64,000 nucleotides of DNA, from contig CAZUSV010000005.1 of assembly GCA_964622645.1 (NCBI GenBank), forward strand, positions 1,122-65,121, read 5' to 3'. Positions 26,411 through 36,600 of the stretch are shown here, one piece after another. The position numbers were made by a program, and so were the translations under genes. The first letter of the stretch is position 1, and each line of letters begins with the position of its first letter. Below the pieces are notes generated by a model. That model saw only the letters and a list, made by a program, of their open reading frames with translations. It was not told the DNA's origin and did no database searches. Origin of the DNA: an uncultured Anaerolineales bacterium (GTDB taxonomy: Bacteria > Chloroflexota > Anaerolineae > Anaerolineales > UBA11858).

Positions 26411-28294
26411 TCAAGGTAGGGTCAAATCCGCTAACAGCACCCAGCCGGTATACGAGCTGTCGATACCCTTGTATTCCACCAACACACATTCTCTATTGAG
26501 ATTATCCAATCTACGCTCAGCAGGCAATAATTGAACAACACCCGCCGCGGGAATGCTGCCAATAGCAGTATAACTCTCGTAACAATCGTTTCTAACCCAG
26601 ATCCGGCGTATTGCACGCATAGTCATAGGCGTAGGAGTAAGAGTAGGAGTGAAAGTAGGGGTAACAGTAAAGGTAGGAGTAGGTGTTAGGGTAAAAGTAG
26701 GAGTGGGTGTAAAAGTGGAGGTAGATGTAGGGGTCAAAGTTGGAGTAGGTGTCAAAGTAGTGGTTGACGTAGGAGTAAAGGTAAATGTGGGTGTTGGCGT
26801 GAGGCTCAACTGATAATTCTGAAACCGCCCCCAGCCCCAGATACCGATTATGATTATAATCAACGCGCCGATAACGCCCCCAATGGTCAAGAGACGGCTA
26901 CGGTTTGCTTCATACGGAGCCAATTTAGCTGACAGTGTATCTACTTCCGGATCCAGTGGATACAATGACTGGACAGTCCTCAATAATTCTCGCGCACGCG
27001 TTTTGTCGTTGGTAGCAAAGGCGGTATTGGCACGATCGAGCAACTCTTGTGCTTCTTCATTCTTTGTTTGTTCTTTATTCAACCTAGTTCTCACATGTGA
27101 CAACTGGCGGGAAATTTCTTCCCCACCCGGCCAAGCATTTTCCAGGGTGGATAATGTGCGAGCAGCGTCCTCGATAAAAGTAGACGCATCTTCTATGCGT
27201 GGGGTCCTTTGCGCATCACCAACTTTCCGTTCAACGCCGTACAGCCCATGCTCCACAGCCTGCCCTAAGGCCTGCCGCTCTGGAATGCTCATCTGCTCTA
27301 ATAAGGGGTGAGCACCATATTTAGCTCGTAAGCGATCCAACTCAGCCTTGGCTTCTTCCACAAGTTGCAGGGTAATAGGCCTGGTAAATAGTTTTTGGCC
27401 GATCTGTTCAAGCTTGGATTGCACATCCCGATACTCCGTCAATTTATCCTGGTAAAGGGGAACAGGGGCCGCACTGACCGCCACCTGCATTTTTTGAATG
27501 GCTTCATCAAGATTGCCTGTTTGAAAAGCCTGGATGCCTTCGTTATATTTGTTTTGCGCATCCATTAGCGCCTGGGTATTTTTCTCGAACTCCTGACCCT
27601 CTTGGAAGCGAGTGATCCCTTCAGCTCTCAAAACCTTTTTTGCTTCTTCGTACAGGGTCATTGCGCGCTCGTAGTCCATCACATTGACAGCCGATTGGGC
27701 TTTACCATACCATATGGCAGCTTCTGCTGGAAGAACGTGGGCAGGGATATTTCCAGTCTGCAAATATTCCTGAGCCTGCTGGAAGTGTTCTTCGGCACGT
27801 GGCCAATTGTGTTCAATCATGAGGACTTGCTCATACAAGCGGATCGCATCCGAATATTTTCCGGCGTAAAAGGCAGCCTCCGCTTGATTCATCAAGTTTT
27901 CCGCCTGGGGATCTCGGGCTGGGGGTGTGCTCCCGACACCCTGGGCTCCAGGAATGCCACCTGGCGCTGCCCCTTGTCCGGCACTGCCTGACCCACCAGG
28001 CGTTCCGGCTGGTGAGGCGGCTGCACTACCAACGCTGCCCGCCTGTCTAGATGGAGGTATAGATCCTGAAGGAGGTGTAGCGTTTACAAGATCGTTGATT
28101 TTTGTGCGTAGTTGTTTACGTAGTGTACGCAGACGATCTTGGTCTTCAAGATCCCACTGAGCAAAGATGCTCCTCATGATATTTTCTACTTCTTGCTCCA
28201 GATCTTCCAGTTTATCCAATACTGGAGCTGGAGACTGCATTTCCTGTGCTATCCTGGTTTCCAGGTCATCGAGGATGGGATTATTGGCACTCAT
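26411..28294 (-). CDS. TPR protein (paralog C) with single TM, T/P linker and extracellular SH3-like domain
   Basis: Begins MSANNPILDDLETRI and shares the TPR core. TM LLTIGGVIGALIIIIIGIWGWG. Ends VLVEY...YTGWVLLADL, an SH3b-like ending. Confidence 0.88.
   Translation of the reverse strand: MSANNPILDDLETRIAQEMQSPAPVLDKLEDLEQEVENIMRSIFAQWDLEDQDRLRTLRKQLRTKINDLVNATPPSGSIPPSRQAGSVGSAAASPAGTPGGSGSAGQGAAPGGIPGAQGVGSTPPARDPQAENLMNQAEAAFYAGKYSDAIRLYEQVLMIEHNWPRAEEHFQQAQEYLQTGNIPAHVLPAEAAIWYGKAQSAVNVMDYERAMTLYEEAKKVLRAEGITRFQEGQEFEKNTQALMDAQNKYNEGIQAFQTGNLDEAIQKMQVAVSAAPVPLYQDKLTEYRDVQSKLEQIGQKLFTRPITLQLVEEAKAELDRLRAKYGAHPLLEQMSIPERQALGQAVEHGLYGVERKVGDAQRTPRIEDASTFIEDAARTLSTLENAWPGGEEISRQLSHVRTRLNKEQTKNEEAQELLDRANTAFATNDKTRARELLRTVQSLYPLDPEVDTLSAKLAPYEANRSRLLTIGGVIGALIIIIIGIWGWGRFQNYQLSLTPTPTFTFTPTSTTTLTPTPTLTPTSTSTFTPTPTFTLTPTPTFTVTPTFTPTLTPTPMTMRAIRRIWVRNDCYESYTAIGSIPAAGVVQLLPAERRLDNLNRECVLVEYKGIDSSYTGWVLLADLTLP
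26624..26800 (-). repeat. Thr/Pro-rich low-complexity linker (TPTPTFT repeats)
   Basis: TPTPTFTFTPTSTTTLTPTPTLTPTSTSTFTPTPTFTLTPTPTFTVTPTFTPTLTPTP. Similar linkers occur at about 30420-30570 and 34740-34850. Confidence 0.85.
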
Positions 28295-28348
28295 AATTGA
28301 CTCCTTTATCGAGTTTCAAAAAGGCTCTCTAATAATATCATTACCCAT

Positions 28349-29287
28349 TTATTCATGTGCAGAAAGGTCTTCCCACAGTTCTGACGCGCTGGCATATCTT
28401 CCATAAAGTGCTCCTGCCAAGGTATCCCGTATAGTGTCACTCAGGCGCTCGCGGTCCTCCGCTCGCCATTCTGCGGAGAGTTTAGCGCTGGCACGGTCAA
28501 TATCCTCCGGTTTCGTGGGACCTAAAGGCAGCGCGCCAGGCGCAGGGCGACCAACAAATATATAATGCAGAGTACGGGCTGCAAACTGCACCAGATCATT
28601 CTTTATATGATGTTCCGTCAATCCCTGGGGATGGTATTGAGCAACGTTCCAGTCGATCATCGATACATGCGCGATCTCATCATCCCAATAATAATGAATG
28701 ATCTTATGATCCCGGTATACAATACCCCGCTCGTGAGCGGTTTGCAAGATTTCACAAATCTGAGATACACACTTTAGCGCTTTATCAAGGGGGAAAAACC
28801 GACCTAATGTCCAATTTTCATCACATTTTCTGTAAAGATTATCGCTGCGGTCCTTATACTCCAATGCCAAGTAAGGCAACCAGCCTGCTGCAACCCTTGC
28901 ATCCAGGTCTTCTAGGAAATCAGGGGTTTCATCAATCGTAAAGCGCCGCACCTGTCCTGTTAAGTGGTGGGCCTGACCAGCGCGAATGTCGGAGGGGATT
29001 TCATCTGGATTTTCAAATAAAATGAAACCCAACTCAGAGAGTTTCATCACACCCCGGAGATCGTCCATCTTCTGCAAAACAATAGCCTCCTCCCGGAACA
29101 ATGGTGGGGCGTATTCAGGTTTATCTGAGCGCATAAATTTCACCGCAAAAGCACGACGATGGTTATTTGTCTGTTCGATGGTCCCGAAAAACACCCGCGC
29201 AGACGAACCGCGCACGGTCGGATCCCAGGTATCCAACGAATCTGTCAGGTAGATAGCTTGCCCTTGACCTAGATTTCCGTTTTGCAT
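28349..29287 (-). CDS. Divergent stand-alone kinase-fold protein (DWN in place of DFG)
   Basis: GSSARVF, FAVKFM, FREEA, VYRDHKIIHYYWD and MIDWNVA. Confidence 0.85.
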   Translation of the reverse strand: MQNGNLGQGQAIYLTDSLDTWDPTVRGSSARVFFGTIEQTNNHRRAFAVKFMRSDKPEYAPPLFREEAIVLQKMDDLRGVMKLSELGFILFENPDEIPSDIRAGQAHHLTGQVRRFTIDETPDFLEDLDARVAAGWLPYLALEYKDRSDNLYRKCDENWTLGRFFPLDKALKCVSQICEILQTAHERGIVYRDHKIIHYYWDDEIAHVSMIDWNVAQYHPQGLTEHHIKNDLVQFAARTLHYIFVGRPAPGALPLGPTKPEDIDRASAKLSAEWRAEDRERLSDTIRDTLAGALYGRYASASELWEDLSAHE

Positions 29288-29290
29288 CTT

Positions 29291-32200
29291 CTACTCCAAT
29301 ATTATTTCTAAACGACGATTGTATAAATGTGCTGAGCCATCCATCTCTATCCAAAAATCAACTTTCTTGGCTTCATCCATCACACTCTCCGGCCAGATAG
29401 AAGCAAAAACAGGAATTTGCTCCGCCCGATTTTCCCAATTGATCTTCTGCCAAATAATCATCCTGCCAACCCAGATAGGCATTAACGTAATATATTTGAC
29501 AGCATCACAGGTCGGAGCTGTTTCTGTAATATCCGATACAGAGTTTATCGTATCAATTCCAGGAATGATGGATCGCGTTTGCCATTGAGTAATCTCATCT
29601 TGTGTCAGAGCAAACTGCAGTCCCAGCTCCGCATTTCCCCGATTTGTCCACAAATTTACCATCAGATCAGGCTCGCGTTCTAGCACACAAAACTCCATCA
29701 TCAACCCACTGCTGTTATTCCATTTTGGAAGATGCCGTGCAACATCTATGGCAAGATGACATGATTCGATGCCTGATAAATAGGTATTCCAATGGGCATT
29801 GTAATCCTTATCAACATAGGGACATTCTTTCAAATAATCATCTGTCCAAGTAATATTTCGTGAAAGTAGATCAACGGAGATTATCTTAGATGTTAGAAAT
29901 GTTGCATCAAGTCGTCTCCACAAATCACTTGTAGCGTCTATAGATTTTCCGCAAATCGTGCTAAATAGTTGTCTTCCACCCTCGTATTGTTCGAAATGCC
30001 AATTCAAATAATTTCGTAGCGCACGGACTTGCGACTTAGTTATATCATTTTCGGGCGACAGATTACATAAAGCCAATGTGGCCCGCGTCCAAGAGAGATA
30101 TTTGACCAGATCCCTTTTTACTGTCTCGTTGTCGGATCCAAGATCTGGTAGTTGGAGAAAAGGATAATTCTCTTTAGATAATAGGGCTTCTATTCTTATC
30201 TTTGCCTCATCGACTTCGCCAATGCTTAATTGACTTAGGATAGCCAGCAGTTGCACATCCATCAAATGGGTTACTTTTGAAGAGCGCCAACCGCAGTTCT
30301 CTTGTAAAACTGCATAGTCTGTATCGTCAAGTTCACTGAAAGTATCCCTATATTCATCCCAATCTCCATCGTTAGCAAAACCTATATAGGTATTACAGTC
30401 TCTTAAAGAGGCTTGTGTGGGAGGTAAAGTGAGGGTGAGGGTTGGTGTGAACGTCGAAGTGGGGGAAAAGGTTGAAGTGGGAGTTGATGTAAGCGTGTGA
30501 GTAGCAGTGGGAGATGGCGTCAGCGTTGGAGTGGGGGATAGCGTCAGCGTGGAAGTTGGAGTATCTGTAGCAACAAACGAGAATTGATAAAATGGTTCAC
30601 CAGTTGTTGAACGAAATAGCACGATGCCAAATAATGCTATAATGAGTACACCCATGATCCACAATAAGATAGAAAATGATTTCTGTTTGGGATATTCACG
30701 AAGGGGATGATCTTCAGGGAGGTGCCCCAAAATCTTCAACTGATCCTTTGATTCCCCCCATTCTAATGACCGCTTCTCTGCATCGGTCAACCGGATTTCT
30801 AGTCGCCCTATATGGCGAACTAAATCTATAACTTTCTTTTTACCTGCAGGAATGATATATCGCCACCAAGCAAAGTAACTCCGGTAATCATGGTCAACAC
30901 GCCTTGCCATATCCGCCACACCGCTAACTTGATCCCAAAGTGTCTTAGCGTGTGGAGTCTCCCAGGCCAGCACCAGTGGCAGATCCTTGTTAACGGCAGA
31001 ATCTGGCTGGACACTCTCAATTTGCTCTCGAGCCTCCTGTGTCATCGACGCAAGCGATGAAAATGTACTCTTCCATCGCTTTGTCTTTGTAATATGTTTG
31101 ATATCCTGCCACAACCTTGCTGCTTTCCTCAATGGCTGGATGATGGGGCTGATTTCATCTGGGAGTGGTTGAGCATCTGACAACCAATTCGCCAATGGGT
31201 TACGCTCCAGTGCCGCGGCAAGACCACTTCCTCTCCAACGTCTGTCTAAGGTCTGGTGCAATCCCCCCAGAATAGCCCATTTGGCATGGGTTTCATTAAT
31301 CTTCTTGAGCCTTCCCAAGGTGTCAGACAGGCCATCCCGTGCAGGCCAGGTCTTCCAATCCTCCAGCACGCCTAACACGGTCAAAACTCGTAGATACTGC
31401 ATATCTCCTGGTGCAACGATAAAAGAAAGCAGCCTTTTTGTAGGCCCAAGTGGTTCCATCTCAGGATCTCTCATTGGTGGAATTTCTAACAAGGTAGCAT
31501 CTTTTTCTATGAAGGCCATCAAGATGTCTTGATAGGCTGGCCAACTGCTCAATACACCAGTGTTCAGATACTCTCTAGCGGCATCATAATCTCTGGCTTG
31601 CAGGTGTTCGTAAAACGCTTCCCAAGGTTTCTTATCAATTGGAAGTGGAGTGGGACCAGGTTTTGCCCCCAGCATGTACTCACTCAGCCAGGGGAACCAT
31701 TCGATAGCGTCAGGATGAGCATCAACAATATCACGGATGCCATTAAAATTACCTCTATCCAATACAGCAGATAGCTTGTTCAGAACCTCGATGCGTCCAT
31801 CCAACCACTGCGCAGTAGCAACATTCCAGCGAATATCTTCCCCTGTTCTTGACAAATCACCCACAAAATCTTTTATACCTCTTCCCCCCGGTCCTTTGAT
31901 ACAATTGTTCCACCATTGCGCTGCACGTTGGACCGCATGATAAAACAGAGTAGTCAGAAGCCACCGATCTGGATCATGCAGTGACCAGGTCTTCAAGGCA
32001 ACGCCCAAGCGCTTAAATTCAGCCTGCGACCAAGTCCCTGCGGCATTGCTAGCAGCAGTTTCAGCCGGTTCCAAAGCAGCCCTGAACCTTTCCCAATCTC
32101 CTGGGTATTCCTTCTCCAAGGTTCTTGAAATCAATACCTTCTCGGGATATTCAAATGAGAAACTTCGAGTGGGGACAGTTTTTTCATCAGCATCAAGAGA

Positions 32201-33595
32201 TACTTGCCTGGTTGGTGTCATTGACCAACCCGTTATCACCTGATCAAGCATAGCCATGACATGATCCGGTGCAGAAGTCAGATCTTCACGAATGCTGCGC
32301 AGCACACTCAATGGAGTGGGAGCTTCTGGATCACAGGCTGGAATTTGTGTCAGCAGACGCGCCCGAACCGGGGTCCACCAGGTGGGTCTTGGGTCATGAA
32401 AGGTGTTTATCCACAACTCCCAATATGCAGTCATCCAGTCATTTGCCAACCCTCTCTGGATTGCAGCGGTAAGGGGATCTCCACTTATTTTGGTGATATG
32501 GGCACCAGCTTCCTGGATAATGCCCGCCAGGGTTTCATAGGAGTTATCAGCAAGATCAGGCGAGATTTCCATTATACGCGCAAATGTACCCAGGTCACGA
32601 TTAAGCACCGCAGCTCGCAATACCCTCGTGAGGACTCCTTGAGCTAGATCAACCTGTAACACTTCCCCATAATCCATCAATTCGCTTTGCAATCGAAGTA
32701 GTTCTTTCAAGACATCTCGGTAAGGCCGATCGCTTTTGCAGAGATTCTTCACTCGGTCAAGTTTTTCTTTTAGCTTTCTACTCTCTACAACAACCAAGTT
32801 CTGGGCTCTGTCTTGAATGGTTTCTATTTGGCTTCGGTTGAACTGATTGCAGTCGCCAAAATGCAGGGACTGAAGCATCTCTGGGGCGACTTGCTGGATA
32901 AATGGACCAAACTTTTCGCAATATTTCCGGTAATCGTATTGGGTGGAAAAACGCCGGTCTGTGCTGATGCCATCTGGTCCCAGTGCTTTGGCATTGCCCC
33001 AATCGATGATCGTCAAGCGGCGATAGAATGGATCCCAGTAGATATGGTTGAGTTTGATGTCGTTCCAAAGCACACCATGAGATTTTCCCCATCGAAAACC
33101 GTGAATATAGTTGAGAAAACTGGCAATCCCATCCAACACCCCCAATGGCAACAAAAGCGGCAACTGCCCCTGCCGGCCAATTATGTTGAGATAGTCACGC
33201 TCTTGCTGCGATGAATAGTTCTCCAGATTCAGCCGCTCTTGCCGGGCGTTGAGCAGAGTTTCCAGATCAAAGCCCGCAGCGCGCTCGATGACAATGAAGG
33301 TATTGAGGCTATTTTCAGTTCCCGGTTGGCTGCGGTCAAGAAGCCTTACAGGGCTTATCTTGCAGTCCAACACATGCACATCCACCTGGATATGATCCAT
33401 TGCTTCTAGCACATCCCCCTCGAAATGAATCTGAGTAGCTTGCCGGGGCACAAACACGCGCTGCACCGGTCGCTTAACAACGGCTATCTCCCCAGCACCA
33501 TTTTTCGCCTCCCAGACCTCTCCATTATCTCCCTCGCCTAATTTGCTAAGGAGCTCCCATCTATATATATTTCCGTGTAACTCGCCCGATGTCAT
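29291..33595 (-). CDS. Giant divergent receptor-like kinase (1434 aa): kinase, long helical region, TM, T/P linker, Cys-containing ectodomain
   Basis: LGEGDNGEVW, AVVKRP, LWNDIKLNHIYWD and IIDWGNA. TM SILLWIMGVLIIALFGIVLF. Confidence 0.88.
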   Translation of the reverse strand: MTSGELHGNIYRWELLSKLGEGDNGEVWEAKNGAGEIAVVKRPVQRVFVPRQATQIHFEGDVLEAMDHIQVDVHVLDCKISPVRLLDRSQPGTENSLNTFIVIERAAGFDLETLLNARQERLNLENYSSQQERDYLNIIGRQGQLPLLLPLGVLDGIASFLNYIHGFRWGKSHGVLWNDIKLNHIYWDPFYRRLTIIDWGNAKALGPDGISTDRRFSTQYDYRKYCEKFGPFIQQVAPEMLQSLHFGDCNQFNRSQIETIQDRAQNLVVVESRKLKEKLDRVKNLCKSDRPYRDVLKELLRLQSELMDYGEVLQVDLAQGVLTRVLRAAVLNRDLGTFARIMEISPDLADNSYETLAGIIQEAGAHITKISGDPLTAAIQRGLANDWMTAYWELWINTFHDPRPTWWTPVRARLLTQIPACDPEAPTPLSVLRSIREDLTSAPDHVMAMLDQVITGWSMTPTRQVSLDADEKTVPTRSFSFEYPEKVLISRTLEKEYPGDWERFRAALEPAETAASNAAGTWSQAEFKRLGVALKTWSLHDPDRWLLTTLFYHAVQRAAQWWNNCIKGPGGRGIKDFVGDLSRTGEDIRWNVATAQWLDGRIEVLNKLSAVLDRGNFNGIRDIVDAHPDAIEWFPWLSEYMLGAKPGPTPLPIDKKPWEAFYEHLQARDYDAAREYLNTGVLSSWPAYQDILMAFIEKDATLLEIPPMRDPEMEPLGPTKRLLSFIVAPGDMQYLRVLTVLGVLEDWKTWPARDGLSDTLGRLKKINETHAKWAILGGLHQTLDRRWRGSGLAAALERNPLANWLSDAQPLPDEISPIIQPLRKAARLWQDIKHITKTKRWKSTFSSLASMTQEAREQIESVQPDSAVNKDLPLVLAWETPHAKTLWDQVSGVADMARRVDHDYRSYFAWWRYIIPAGKKKVIDLVRHIGRLEIRLTDAEKRSLEWGESKDQLKILGHLPEDHPLREYPKQKSFSILLWIMGVLIIALFGIVLFRSTTGEPFYQFSFVATDTPTSTLTLSPTPTLTPSPTATHTLTSTPTSTFSPTSTFTPTLTLTLPPTQASLRDCNTYIGFANDGDWDEYRDTFSELDDTDYAVLQENCGWRSSKVTHLMDVQLLAILSQLSIGEVDEAKIRIEALLSKENYPFLQLPDLGSDNETVKRDLVKYLSWTRATLALCNLSPENDITKSQVRALRNYLNWHFEQYEGGRQLFSTICGKSIDATSDLWRRLDATFLTSKIISVDLLSRNITWTDDYLKECPYVDKDYNAHWNTYLSGIESCHLAIDVARHLPKWNNSSGLMMEFCVLEREPDLMVNLWTNRGNAELGLQFALTQDEITQWQTRSIIPGIDTINSVSDITETAPTCDAVKYITLMPIWVGRMIIWQKINWENRAEQIPVFASIWPESVMDEAKKVDFWIEMDGSAHLYNRRLEIILE

Positions 33596-33628
33596 TTGTA
33601 GTTACCTTTTGAATACTAAACACAATGG

Positions 33629-36600
33629 TTATTCGGATGTGATACCCCTAAGAATGCTCAATCTAGAATTGAGCAAGTGAACATCATCATCTAATTCCAG
33701 CCAAAACTCCACACTGACTGAAGCGGATACTGAATGCTCTGGCCAGACAGATGCCCCAATCAAAGCATATTCCGTCGAATATAAATCACTGATTTGCCAG
33801 ATAAGCAATCGACCGACCCAAACCGGTTGCATAACCAGGTAATTTTCACAAGCAACGGAAAAGGAATTGAGATCAGTTAAGCTAGATTCTATACTTATCG
33901 GGGGAATACCTGGCATGCTAACGAACATCTGGGTACCGGCAATCCGCCCAGATTGCATTAAAAACTCAAGACCAAGTTCGGTGTTCTGACGGCTGGTCCA
34001 AAAAGCAAAAGAAGATATTTGAGATTTGTCTAGCAATTGGCACAATCTCATCTCCAAGGCACTGGTAGCATTCCAGGTAGGTAGCTGCAAAACAATCGCG
34101 TTGGGCACAGTGCAGGGCTGGGCTGTCCCAGTACCTCTCCAGCGAACGAAATCACTGCCATCTCGATAAGTGCAGACCTGTGTATTGGTAGACCATTCGT
34201 CTCGATATGCTAACAAGTCAAAGGCGGTACCAGTCACAACACCTGCATTGGTGCTAAGCTGTGATTGCAAGGTTGTCAGATCAGCGTTACACATCTGCCT
34301 ATATAGCATATCGCTCTCCAAGAATTGTGCTTCATGCCAATCGAGGTATTGGGTCAGCGTCTGATTTTGTAACCTGGTCATTTCAGTCGGCATACTGCAC
34401 AAAGCCAGTGTAGCCCGCATCCAGTTTATATATTGGATAACCTGAACGCTATTCTCTAAATCAGGTAGAGAAATTGTAGGGTAATTGACGGTCATCAAGT
34501 TCCGCAATTCAGTCGCGATCTCAAGAGACTGGTTTGATATGCCAGCTTGTTCGCTAAAGAGTGCCAGTAGATGAGCATCTATTAAAGTATGCAACTGTGT
34601 TGTCGTCCAGCGACAAGAAGCTCGCAAGGCATCATAGTGTACGCCTCGAAGTTTATCATGCAATTCTTGATAAGCATTCGAACTACCGATGCTAGCCAAG
34701 TTTACCAATTCGGTGCAATGTTCTAATGAATAGCTAGGTGTTGCAGTTAATCGAATTGATGTTGGTGAGGGAGTGGGAGATGGTGTAAACGTTTGTGTAG
34801 GCGCGGAAGTGGGAGAGTACGTCAGCGTTGAAGTAGCTGTTTCTGTAGCAGTAACTGGGTATATAAAAGGCAGTTCAGATACTGTTGTGCGAAAAAGCAC
34901 AAGGCCAAGCACTGCGATAATGAGTATATCCATGATCCAAAAGAAGATAGACCTCGACTTCTGTTTAGGGTACCCTTGAAGGGGATGGCCTACAGGGATA
35001 CGTCCTGAAGTCTGCAATTGATCTACATATTTCATCCATTCCGATGATCTCTTCTTCGCACCAGTCAGGCAAAGTTCTAGCCGACCAAGTAGTTGCAAGA
35101 ATGCTTTAACTTTCTTTTTACTTACTGGTAAGACATATCGCCACCAGACAAAGTAGTTCCAATAATCACTGTCAATGCGCGCTGCCATTTCCGCCAAACT
35201 ACTCACCTGCTCCCACAATCTCTTAGCATGTGGGGTCTCCCAGGCTAGCAACAGTGCTAAGTCATTTTTGTCAACGGCGTCTCGCCGGATCTTCTCAATT
35301 TGCTTTCTGGCTTCCTGTACATATGACCTAAGCGAGGAAAATGTACTCTTCCATCGCTTTGTCTTTGTAATATATTCAATTTCCTGCCACAACCTTGCTG
35401 CATTCCTTAATGGCTGGATGACAGGGCTGACTTCATCAGAGAGTGGTACAACATCTGATAACCAATTCTCTTTTGGTTCACGCTCTAGTGCATCAGCAAG
35501 ATCACTCTTCTTCCAGCGTTTGTTCAGTGTCTGGTATAGTCCCCCCAGAATAGCCCATTTGGGATGGGTTTCACTAACCATCTTGAGCTTTTCTAATGCT
35601 TTTGATAAACCATCCCGGGCAGGCCAGGTTTTCCAATTCTCCAACACGCCTAATACTTCTATGACTTGCAAGTACTGCGTATCCCCTGGCGTAACATCAA
35701 AAGCGTGTAGCCTTTTTGTGGGCCCAAGAGGTTCCACCTCAGCGTCACTCTTTGGTGGAACCTCTAGCAAGGTAGCATCTTTTTCTATGAATGTTTTCAA
35801 GATATCTTGATAGGCAGGCCAACCACTCAATGCGCCGATGTTCAGATACTCTCTTGCGGCATCGTAATCTCTGGCTTGCAGGTAATCGTAAAACGCTTCC
35901 CAGGGTTTCTTATCAATTGGAGGTGGAGTAGCACTAGGCCTTACGCCCGGCAGGTACTCACTCAACCATGGGAACCATTCGATAGCGTCAGGATGAGCAT
36001 CAACAATATCATGGATGCCATCAAAGTTACCTCTATCCAATACATCAGATAGCTTGTTCAGAACCTCCAAGCGTCCATCCAACCATTGCGCAGGCGCGAC
36101 ATTCCAGCGAATATCTATTCCTGTTTCCAATATATCACCCACAAAATCTTTTATACCCCTTCCCCCTGGTCCTTTGATACTATTATTCCACCATTGCGCT
36201 GCACGTTGGACTGCATAATAGAACAAGGTAGTCAGAAGCCGCCGATCCGGATCATGCAGTGACCATGTTTTCAAGGCCATACCCAAGCGTTCAAATTCCG
36301 CCAGTGACCAGGCTAAAGCTGCATTGCTAGCAGCAGTTTCAGCGGGTACCAGAGTGGCACGAAATCTCTCCCAATCATCCGGATATTCCTTCTCTAAGAT
36401 TCCCGAAATCAACGCCTTTTCTGGATATTCAAATGAAGACTTAGGAGTGGGAATAGTGTTTTCATCATGCTCAAGAGTAACTTGCCTGGTTGGTATAATC
36501 TTCCAACCCATTATCACCTGATCCAGCATTGCCGTGACACGATCCGGTTCAGAATCCAGGTTCTTACAAATGCTGCGCAGCACGCCCAATGGAGTGGGAG

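Noticed and set aside
26624-26800. Periodic gtagg/gtaaa DNA as a CRISPR array or satellite
   Set aside because: It is explained by the Thr/Pro codons of a protein linker and has no repeat-spacer structure.
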